From: Rhodosorus marinus CCMP1338
Lineage: Eukaryota > Plantae > Rhodophyta
Direction of reading: 5' to 3'
NCBI GenBank assembly: GCA_029953675.1
Contig: JAMWBK010000005.1
Location: 186,001 to 250,000 of the forward strand
DNA length: 64,000 nucleotides
Shown here piece by piece: positions 1 to 9,612 of this stretch. The translations under genes and the position numbers were made by a program. Under the pieces are notes generated by a model, which ran no database searches, was not told where the DNA came from, and was given only the letters and a program-made list of their open reading frames with translations. Every line of letters starts with the position of its first letter. Position 1 is the first letter of the stretch.

Positions 1-514
1 GAAAGATGCAGGAAATGAAAGCAGAGACGAGATTCCCCTTCGGATCCGTAGTTCCCCTTTGGTCTCGTCAAATTCCCTACACGATGGCCAAGTTCTTCTT
101 CTTTGAGAAGGTGAGCTTAGCCTCCAGACTTCTAAGGTTGTAGTTCATGCTTATCATTCTTTTCGTTTCTTCTTCTAGGTTGTTTCCGTCTTCTATACTT
201 ACGTTTTTACCCAACCCAAGAGCAGCTATCCAAAGACAACACAGCTCGGAGTTACTTTCGCTTCTGGCTACATCGCCGGTGTTATCTGCGCGATTGTTTC
301 GCATCCCGCCGACTCCATCGTTTCCTTGCTTGGAAAGGCCGAGAACAAAGGGAAGGGCTTTGGGACAATAGCGAGCGAGTTCGGATACTATAACCTCTTC
401 ACCAGAGGCCTCGGTCCAAGAATTATCATGATTGGTACTCTGACCGGTTTGCAATGGTGGATCTACGATACGTTCAAGACGGCTTTCGGACTAGGCACAA
501 CTGGTGGCAAATAA
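1..514 (+). CDS. Mitochondrial phosphate carrier (SLC25A3/MIR1 family), 3' part; gene starts upstream of the window
   Basis: Exon 1-110 reads VPLWSRQIPYTMAKFFFFEK. GT-AG intron 111-178. Exon 179-514 reads QLGVTFASGYIAGVICAIVSHPADSIVS...RGLGPRIIMIGTLTGLQWWIYDTFK, typical phosphate-carrier motifs. Confidence 0.93.
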
Positions 515-1243
515 ACTTGACCAGTTCACCCTTCGGCCTTCGTTTTTGGGTTTTGAGTAGCCTTTTGATGGCGTTCTGTGTCTCAAGGGCTTGAAGTTTT
601 CTTCCTGAAGCCTGCATTGTTTCCTTTCTAAAGACTAATACAATTGTATTCTGATATCGAGTTACAAGGGCTCCTGAGGCAGGTCTCATCGAAAAAGCCC
701 GCGCACTATTCTGCACAGAGTTCTGCCCAATTGCTTTCTATGGTCCCCAAGTTTTCTCTATTGGTGGGAGTGCTTTGGATTGATCGGGATTCCCTCTATA
801 GGAACACCCGGACCCTTCGCACTGACATTCTTTTGAACCCCAGACTTTTGATGCCGAAACATAGCAGAGCTGCACAGTGAGCACTTCAGACTCAAGGAGG
901 TCGCAAGGAAATTTGTCCCGTCCGGGCTTTTGGTCAACGCGGGTTGCTTGCAAACTCCGGTGTTAGTAGTACTACGAACAAGCATAACTAGAAAGACGTA
1001 GTAGAATTTACCGTCGTAACACGGAAGGCTTCAATCGGTCCCGTCGAATTGATAGACAGTTTGCTGAGCTTCGACTCCTGCAGTCAAGTGGGGCGTAAAC
1101 AACGGTGAGGTCATTCCGCTCTAACAACCCGGATGACTTTACAAGTAACTATATGACAATCCGCTCACGGGGACAACTAAATCGAAAACGCAACTTCACG
1201 CAGCTCGCCTATTGGATACAACATAAACCAGAGCCGGAATTAT

Positions 1244-2706
1244 CTACTTGCCAGACCGCCAATCGTCAACAGCAGTCATTAGTCTGGAAAGATCCTCTTT
1301 CAGCGGAAGTCTTATTAAATAGTTTGTTGGTTTCATGTCCCCGTCGAAGGCGGAGAATCGAACACTGCGCTCGTTCGCCTTGTCCAATCGTATGTCCTCA
1401 TATAAGTTAGCGTTCAGAATCAATCTCAAGCTCCCTTCCGAACGCATGATCAGGCGTGCTGACTTTGAGTCCTTTCCTACGTTGAGTTTCAGCTGCCCGA
1501 CACCGCGCTCTTTCCATTGAACTTTCTCAGTGCCCTCTAGTTCGTATAGCTTTGCTTTGGAGCGAAACTCTGCCTGCTCCATCTCTTCCCCATTGGACAC
1601 TGCACTCTCTCGGAGTTTTTGTATTGCTCCCTGCTGAGCGTTCGATGCCGGCTGTGAACTCTGAAACAGCAGCGGGGGTGTGGCATTGTCCGACTCCTTT
1701 TGCTGAAGTGCTGGTACTGAAAAGGAGAACGGTTTGTCTTCAGACGCCACAGCTGAAAAGGAGAATCCTTGGCCATTAGCGGACGGATTGGACTGTCCGA
1801 AGCTGAACGCACGCTTCTAAAAGAAATTCATAGTAGCAAATAAATTAGAGCCTGGTCATCAGTGCTTTCTCGTCGAGAGCATTGCATAGTCGAGGATCAT
1901 GGGAGGTATAAACTTGCCTCGCTGTTTGGCCCGGACCAGCTTTCATTCAGGCCCTTCTTGTCAACTCCGTTGGACTGTGCGGCGTGCTCTGCTTTCCTGG
2001 AAACGCTGTCCTCTTTTCCTGCGGGCTTCTGCGCACTTTCCTTCCCTGTCGTTTTTCCGCTGGTCTGGAAGGCCTCAGACGTATGCGCTAGATCTGCTGC
2101 TGCCCCAGGAGTCTCCTGAAGATTCCGAAGCGACTAAGACTTCGGGTCAGAACGAAAAGTCCCGGACAACGACAGAAAGATAAATTCACGACTATATCTG
2201 ACAACCTTGGTTCCCTCTGGGTCCCTCATTTCCTTCACGTTTGTTCCAATCGCAGCTCGCTCTGTAGGATTCTCAGTGCCATCAGAACTCGCAGGCTTTC
2301 TCTCCACCTCAGATCTGCCTGTGGGCGCCGAGACATCGCCAGCGTTTGCCTCGTCTGCATCCTCACGCTTTGCATCTGCTTGAAGCCGCGAATCATCCTT
2401 GGAAGAGTCGACCTGGACCGCGGAAGGCGCAGGGGCACTCAGCCCAGCAAAGAAACCTATCTTCTCCGCTTCTTGATCTTGGTCTAGGTGAGTCCTCTTC
2501 GCAGTGAAAATCTTTCGCTGAGCCAGGACGGACGGATCAGCGACCTTAAACGTCCCGTCCGATGCCTGCAACGAAAAAGAATAAGAATTTTGATCTAGTA
2601 GTACGGCTCCGGTAGGGATAGTCATACTCACCTTCACCTCCGGGTTCGGGATCTCGTCAGCTTGTGACATGTCCTTAGTAAGTTGGATCTCCGTCTTGCG
2701 CTTCAT
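1244..2706 (-). CDS. NUP50: Nup50/Nup2-like nucleoporin (N-terminal NUP50 motif, FxFG motif, C-terminal Ran-binding domain), about 407 aa
   Basis: Exons 2706-2632, 2565-2206, 2133-1918 and 1816-1244 join in frame. N-terminus MKRKTEIQLTKD...TFKVADPSVLAQRKIFTAKR matches the NUP50 importin-alpha-binding motif. FSFG/FSFS repeats are present. RanBD reads KAKLYEL...WKERGVGQLKLN...ARLIMRSEGSLRLILNANL. Confidence 0.85.
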
Positions 2707-5041
2707 GATAAACCTGGAACACTAGTGCGCACCCTTGACGCTTTTTAGCTAGTCCCTACCTGGTGGCTATAGAAAAACAAACGCCGTCCCTGCGCTTACT
2801 GACTTATGCGCTCAACTTCAAACGCCGCGAACAACAAAAAGCGTAGGTTTCCGACGACGAGATGCTGGGCGTCTTGGTTCTTCGAAATGAAAACCCTCTA
2901 GCTTCTAAGGGACTACCAGTTCGGCTTGTTCCTATTCCTAGCAATCCCCTCTCAGTCTTAGCCTGCCTCCCTACTCGAAGCGGTTGCGAAGCTCTGTTCG
3001 GACCTGCTTCTGGGACCATAGCCAATAACCATGAACACAACACTTTCACATTCAAGCCCTTTACTAGCCAGATATCAACTTAAGACCATAGATTCCTAGA
3101 TTTGGTTGGGAAAGAAGAACAACTTGGAGTCTTTCCAAAATGGTGGCTGCTCGTCAACGGGGGCTGAGGCTCATGGGTTTTACCAACAGCGGTTTTCGGG
3201 TTTCCAACTGAGTAAAACCAAACTACAGAAACGCGTTTGAGGGGTTGGGTTAATACCGCGAAACTTCCAATAAAGATTTCGCGCTTCAAAAATTTAGCAG
3301 ATGATTTCCTTAATTTCGAAATATATGTTGGTCCTAGTATATTCCTTAGTTTTGTGTATGCGTAGCGTTATCTATCCGGACACAGTTTCGCACTAACACG
3401 AACTTTTTTTTTTGGGAAAGGAGTGAGAAGATAAGATTTTCTCATTTAGTCGGTTCATCAACCAACTAAATGTGTTTAAAAGAAGACTGGAACAAGAAAA
3501 CGGATGGGAAAAGAAGACAGCTGAACCAGCCTGCCTTCACGAAGATGCGTTTCTTGCCATGCTGAGCTCGAGGATAGGATTATTCGATGAAACTATGAAT
3601 CATGTATCGATGCCAATTGACTGATAGACCGGTATCCTTTGCTATCCATCGTGTCTGGTAATCCTCCACAGCAAAAGACTTCTCTTGATTATCAGAACAT
3701 CCGAAGAGAACCAGGGTCCCCCAGTCGACACAGTGTCCGTGCTGATGCTTGGGGGTTCTCCACGAAGTTCTGCTCTGATGGAGTCCAGAGCACAGCTGAA
3801 ACTGCAAGATGTTAGGAGTAATTCCGTTTAGATATCTCTTCTGCTCATTGACCCTATCGCACCAAGTTCACCGAGCTTAGAGCGCCATGCCACACTCATT
3901 GATCACAAGTTCATTCAGGTACTCACCCGCAAAGCAAGAATAGAGGACTTCAGAAATATTAGCAAAACAAAGACAAACGAAAACAGGCGATTTTGAGTTA
4001 AGCCGATCCGTTTTGAGTGAAACCCGCGTTTCAGAGTAAACCGAGGAAAACCCCTAAAACCCAATTCCCACAAAAAACCAAATATGGGTTTAAGCAGGTC
4101 GCGTGAAGCCGAACAGTTTGGGAACTATCCCAAACGCGTGATGGGGCAATGGCCCGAAGAGCGCGACCACTAACCAGCAGGCTGAACGCTCAGTTAGCAT
4201 ATCGGAACGCCGTATCTGGAGTCCCACTAATCATCGTACTAAGTTGTACGATCCACGCAATTCCGATACATTACGAGGGGAGGCGCACCGTACGACTCAA
4301 GTGCCGAAAGCAAACCAGAGAAATGTCTGTGTATACTCCTTCGAGCGGCGGAGAGCATGGCATAGTGATCGTGTATCAGTTTCACGCGCTGAACTGGGAA
4401 GTGGGAAGTTCGGCCCGTGAAACTCATGTTCAGTGACCACGCAGCTACTTCCATTTAAGCTAGGCCGGCCCCCCCCCGAAAGCTCTTGCCCACTGAAACT
4501 TGGATTTTAATGACACCACATCAACCATATTTCAGTCAATTTCATTTCAATGACTGAATATTCTTCGCCCGGTATACATAAAAAAAAATGTCAAAGAAAA
4601 CTTGATATATCCGCCGTAGGGGGAAGATTGACCCTTTGCCAGTTTTCAACGAGCTCTTGTTTTTTGCAACCGATCCAACTGAAACTCCAATCCCCCAGGG
4701 GATATAGAAAGGCTTGAAATTCTATTTTTAAGTTTTTCTTCCATAATTCAAATAATCAGGTGAGAAACGTGTTTGTTCGGTGGGGGCAGAAACAAAGTAG
4801 GATGTTTCGAAGTGGAAATCGCAAGGGGTTAGGCTTTCGGGCGGGAAGCCTCTAGTGGGTTCTTAATAGCATTTGCATGTGGGCTGGTGGAGCGTGACAT
4901 AAGATTGTGGGCAAAGTGGGTTATTGGGTTTGAGGAGAAGGCAAGGCACGAAGAGGGAAAATCGTATCGCGATCTTACGCGCGAGATTCTCTATAACTTG
5001 CACACATAAATCGAGGGAGTCCGGTGGATACGATCGAGAGA

Positions 5042-6007
5042 ATGGTAGGGACTATAATAAAACACGCAGATTGGCTTTTATTCTGGAGTGGCTTGGCGGG
5101 GGCGTGAACACGACGCGGAGCCTCTCCGACACTGGCTAAAGCTCGAGCATATACTTGTTTTTTGATCTTGTTCTAGGCAAATCCAGGACAAGAAGCGGCC
5201 ACGTTCAAGTTGCTCCTCGTCGGTGATGGCGGTACTGGTAAAACGACTTTTGTGAAAAGGCATTTAACCGGGGAGTTCGAAAAAAAGTATATTGGTAAGA
5301 CTAGCATTGGACCAAGTGGATCAGCTGGTTCGGCTTCATGACCGCGGTTGCTTGCGTTGGCTCTGATCCTTGAGACTTCGTTTTCCACACCAGCCACTGT
5401 TGGAGTTGAGGTTCGGCCGTTGAAGTTCTTTACCAACCGGGGACCTATCGTTTTCAATTGTTGGGACACTGCTGGCCAGGAGAAGTTCGGCGGATTGCGG
5501 GATGGATACTAGTAAGCTCTGGGCCGACGCTTAATGTTCCGTCTAGTCCTTTTTGGCCTAACATAGTTCCGGGTGCATATCGTTTCTACTTCCAGTATTT
5601 CCGGGAATGCAGCCATCATTATGTTCGACGTTACTTCAAGGGTGACATATAAGAATGTACCTACTTGGCATAAGAACCTGGTTCGAGTCTGCAACAATAT
5701 TCCGATTGTCCTCTGCGGAAACAAGGTGGATATTAAGGACAGAAAAGTGAAGGCGAAAATGATCACTTTCCACAGGAAAAAGAATCTTCAGTACTATGAC
5801 ATTTCAGCAAAGAACAACTACAACTTTGAGAAGCCTTTCCTGTGGCTGGCGAGGAAGCTTGTAGGAGATTTAAATCTTACGTTCGTAGAGGCGCCGGCTC
5901 TGGCGCCACCTGAGGTACACATTGATGAGAGCTATAAGCAGCAATTAGAAGAGCAAATGGCGCGAGCCCAAGCTGAGCCCGTACCAGAAGAAGATGATGA
6001 CATGTAA
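5042..6007 (+). CDS. RAN: GTP-binding nuclear protein Ran
   Basis: Exons 5042-5044 (ATG only), 5177-5294, 5394-5511 and 5596-6007. Motifs [52 protein letters not shown] and an acidic EEDDDM tail. Confidence 0.97.
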
Positions 6008-6061
6008 ATGCAGGTGTCTCCGAGACACTTTCGAGCAAGGATCGAGTGTAGCGGACACGTT

Positions 6062-6775
6062 TCAGAAGCTAACCTTGGGATTCACAATCCTTGTGTTTCC
6101 GCATTCAGCGTTTATATCTTTTCGGGATTCAAGCAGAGACTGAGGAGCTGGGACCGCTTTCTTGCGATTTTTCCATAGTCGCATGGAGAGTCGCCTCCGG
6201 TCCGTGAGAATTCTCATTCCGGCTCTGCCACGTTTGGGCCCGCGAATAAAATGATTTTGAGTGGAAGTGCTTCCTGAGAACATTGTATATCCGTGGTTGA
6301 CGGATGATACATGAGAAGGTTCCGTGTTGAGGTCCGCTATAGCTGGACAACAGCTTGTAGCCTTTACTAGAACCTCGTTAGAACAAGCTAGTCCTACCGG
6401 ATCCCCAGACGTCCAGAAGTCAAACGCATTGATATGCCGCGTGAAACGATATCGAATCCAAACTCTACTTCGGGAGAGGCTTAATTCGCTGGACAATGAA
6501 CTGAATGCTAGGCACCACCAACGCACACGTGCATTGGAGTGCTGAGCAGGCAGAAGTTGTGCCGGACAATGCGATGCCCGAGCTTGGAGCAGACTGCGGG
6601 GCCTCAGGCTCTGCATCCATTCCGATATCCGGTAACAAGCAGGGAAGAGTATCATACAACCACCGCCTTGGACGTCGCGTCTTAGAGATGGGTCTAGTTT
6701 GCGAAAGTGAAGATATTTGCGAGCTGAAATTTGTTCTATCGGAGGTGTCGCTAAATGCTGTCGTGTCCGCTTCAT
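6062..6775 (-). CDS. Hypothetical protein (237-aa ORF, no recognised domain)
   Basis: Uninterrupted ATG-started ORF, with TATATAAG about 80 bp upstream on the same strand. Its stop converges 54 bp from the Ran stop. No motif recognised. Confidence 0.4.
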   Translation of the reverse strand: MKRTRQHLATPPIEQISARKYLHFRKLDPSLRRDVQGGGCMILFPACYRISEWMQSLRPRSLLQARASHCPAQLLPAQHSNARVRWWCLAFSSLSSELSLSRSRVWIRYRFTRHINAFDFWTSGDPVGLACSNEVLVKATSCCPAIADLNTEPSHVSSVNHGYTMFSGSTSTQNHFIRGPKRGRAGMRILTDRRRLSMRLWKNRKKAVPAPQSLLESRKDINAECGNTRIVNPKVSF

Positions 6776-6856
6776 CAGCTATTCAGAGCCCGAATGTCAG
6801 ACGAGATGTTTGGTCGGTTGTGCATAGCATGGAGATAGGTTGTAAGATGAGCACCA

Positions 6857-6864
6857 CTTATATA
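6857..6864 (-). promoter_or_regulatory. Candidate TATA box (TATATAAG)
   Basis: Exact TATATAAG on the minus strand upstream of ORF 6062-6775. Confidence 0.35.
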
Positions 6865-7556
6865 CAGCCCTCTTGCTTGTGTACTAGGTAGACCCAACGC
6901 ATGGCTGCCCAGCCAGTGCTTCGTGGATCAATTCTTCGCTTTCCCTTCCGTGATGGTTGCGGAGTGCTCTGCGTGTCCACGCGTAGGCCTTTTTTCAAAT
7001 TCCACTGTTCGCAAGTGATAAAATCATGGACAATACGGCTCAGAACCAGACGATTTTACCTCGTGCGCATGATCAAGGTCATGTTGCGGTTGCAAAATAA
7101 ATTTGGGCTTGCCGTGCAACTGCTCAAGTCCAAGATTATCTCCATTTGACTACCGCTGGGATCCAGATAGACGGTTTTGGTTCAAGGCCCATCCCCGGGG
7201 TAGCAGGAAAAAATGAACTTCAATTAGCCTTTTGTCATAAGCTTCGCTTGGTTTCGTGGTTGCTCAAGTAGCGGTGCAGAGTCGCTCCTTGAACCGCGTG
7301 TTCACAAACCATCTACCTCGCATGAGCTTGCTGGGGTTACGCAACCCCAGACTAACATTATAGTGCGCAGGAGTATGCGGACTTGGTCCGTGTGAGCTTT
7401 TCGCTCTTGCTACGCATTTGCTTTCTAGTCGCACAAATGAACCGCACCGTATAATCCTTTCAGAATACCTCGGGGCTGTGACCGTGAACCCGGGCGCGCC
7501 GAAAACAGGTCTTGCTTTTAGGTAAATAAGAACCATTTTCGAAACCTCTTAGTGCA

Positions 7557-7708
7557 CCAATGCACAGTCCGTGCGTATGGAGCCCTAAGAAAGGTCTAGG
7601 ACGAGGTGTGCTCATTCGATCATCTCCCCATACAACATGTGTATTTTCTGACTGCGTGACCTGAAGCCAGCACTTCATTTCACGCGCAAATGAATTCAGT
7701 CTGAAAAT
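7557..7708 (+). repeat. Dispersed direct repeat, copy A (about 150 bp)
   Basis: The first 48 nt (CCAATGCACAGTCCGTGCGT...AGAAAGGTCTAGGACGA) match copy B at 8948 with 3 transitions. Weaker similarity continues to GTCTGAAAA. Confidence 0.85.
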
Positions 7709-7803
7709 TATTCTCAAAACAATTGTGTGAAAGGGCTTTTGTTCGATAAAATCAAAATATTGGGGAGCAAACAAGCATTCAAAAAATCTGATGGTATAAC
7801 GGC

Positions 7804-7811
7804 TATATAAG
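7804..7811 (+). promoter_or_regulatory. Candidate TATA box (TATATAAG)
   Basis: Exact TATATAAG about 240 bp upstream of the PH-domain gene ATG. Confidence 0.35.
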
Positions 7812-8048
7812 ACAGAGCTTGAGCTTCAAATTTTCATCGGACCAAATTGTTTTTTGCAGACGGATAGATTGATTTCCGCAGACAGGATCCATTTTGAAAT
7901 ACTTTTGGTGCTCGTCTGGTCTAGTTGATCAGAGGACGACTAGAGGCATTGTTTACTGTTGTTTGATGGGTACTGGGGGCGGCACAGCTTGAGTGCCGTA
8001 ACCTAGTGAAAGGAAGCGGTCTTCGCGCGAGTAGCTGAGGGCTTCAAA

Positions 8049-8726
8049 ATGGCATCGGGAAGCCAAAGCGACAAGGAGAATGCGTATAACAACCTGCAAC
8101 CGATGCACGATGTCAGCAAGACCATCAAGCTGATGCAGAAGCTGGATAGAGGGACGGATGAGGGCTCAGATGGTGAGCCGATGTCTCCTTATACATCGTG
8201 GCTGCCTAGGTACAACGACGAACCTGATGAGGAAGAGGTGATGGACCTACCACAGAAACTGATGGGAAGGCCAGAGGCGACAAAGCAAGTACACGACCTG
8301 AAGAGGTGCAGCGTGCGAATTGGAAAGGACTTGAGAGAAGCCACCTTAAACCGATCTTCGCCAGGGAAGGATTTCCCAGCAGCTGCGAACATGGTCGCAA
8401 AGAAGGAAAAGGAAATAAGAGTGCAAGGGGAGCTGAATATGAAAGCAGGTTTTATTTTCAAGACATGGCGGAGGAGGTATGGTAGTGTCGTTGAGCATGC
8501 CTATTTCGGCCCGGTGCTGTTTCTGTTCAAGTATGACAGTGAAGGAAACATTGAAGTTCAACACTCGGACATGATTGCCCTGGTCGACTGCTCTATCACG
8601 GTCGGCAAGGATCGAAAGGCTGGACCAGGTGCAAGATACGAGTGGAACGTTAAAACCTCGAGGAAAAAGTACAGACTCGCTGTTAACGATGCGAAGAAAA
8701 GAGATTTTTGGATAGATCATATGTAG
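8049..8726 (+). CDS. PH-domain protein (225 aa, intronless CDS)
   Basis: C-terminal PH fold pattern: VQGELNMKAGFIFKTWRRRYG...LFLFKY...MIALVDCSI...WNVKTSRKKYRLAVNDAKKRDFWIDHM. Good AAAATGG start context. Confidence 0.85.
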   Translation: MASGSQSDKENAYNNLQPMHDVSKTIKLMQKLDRGTDEGSDGEPMSPYTSWLPRYNDEPDEEEVMDLPQKLMGRPEATKQVHDLKRCSVRIGKDLREATLNRSSPGKDFPAAANMVAKKEKEIRVQGELNMKAGFIFKTWRRRYGSVVEHAYFGPVLFLFKYDSEGNIEVQHSDMIALVDCSITVGKDRKAGPGARYEWNVKTSRKKYRLAVNDAKKRDFWIDHM

Positions 8727-8947
8727 TAAAGATGAACTAATCTAAATATAAATAATCGAGGCTGTGCACCCTGGAACGTTGGGAAACGTACAAATTTAGC
8801 CCTGACGTGAAAATCAAAACCAACAACGTATGCGCACAGCATACTCTGGGTACGTTGCTCTCTTCGGCATCATCAGACCAAATCCTCGATCATCCGTCGC
8901 CCAGATGGATGGGCGCGGGCTCAGATCTGTGGTAGTCATCCAAATGC

Positions 8948-9108
8948 CCAATGCACAGTCCGTGCGTACGGGGCCCTGAGAAAGGTCTAGGACGACTACG
9001 CTCACTTGATCACCTACCATTACAAACAGACGTATTCCTGACTACGCATTCCGAAGCCCGCGCTTCATAACCCACAACCCACGGGTTCACGTGAATCCAG
9101 TCTAAAAA
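8948..9108 (+). repeat. Dispersed direct repeat, copy B (about 160 bp)
   Basis: Homologous to 7557-7708 in the same orientation. Confidence 0.85.
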
Positions 9109-9612
9109 CTGATTTCTCTTCCTCTCTCCCAACGCTCGGACACACGGCACAGAGGAATTCAAGTTGGGTTTTTGTTTTCTCTCTGAAGCTACAAGTAATG
9201 AAACCTAGTTCATTTACTCTTTTTGGCAGAGCGAAATTTATTGTATTTTTTTGTTCCGGTAGAAAGCATGGATTCCTCAGCTTTTGCTGGTAAAAACTGG
9301 CAAAAAATTGGCTCACGTGCTGTTCGACAGACTCTCTTCCCACTGCATAGCAACGTAGATTGCTTGCGGCTTAAAAGGGAGCAGGACAAATTGATCTTGC
9401 CTGGGTGGCGTTGATTGTTCGTCCTAAGGGGGAATCTCGTCGCATGCTGATGATGAGAATTAGGTATTCACGTTCAAAGAACGTAGGGAACCAATTGGGA
9501 TTTCGAATAAGCGCTCTTTCGAAAGCTGAGCATCGTGTGGAAGCGAGAGAACTCCTTCTCGTCATGTTGAGCCTGACATTCGCTGCAAAGTTGTAAACAT
9601 GCTGAGTTAGAG

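Noticed and set aside
520-1240. Short ORFs between the phosphate carrier and Nup50
   Set aside because: No coherent splice path or recognisable motif; probably convergent 3' UTRs.
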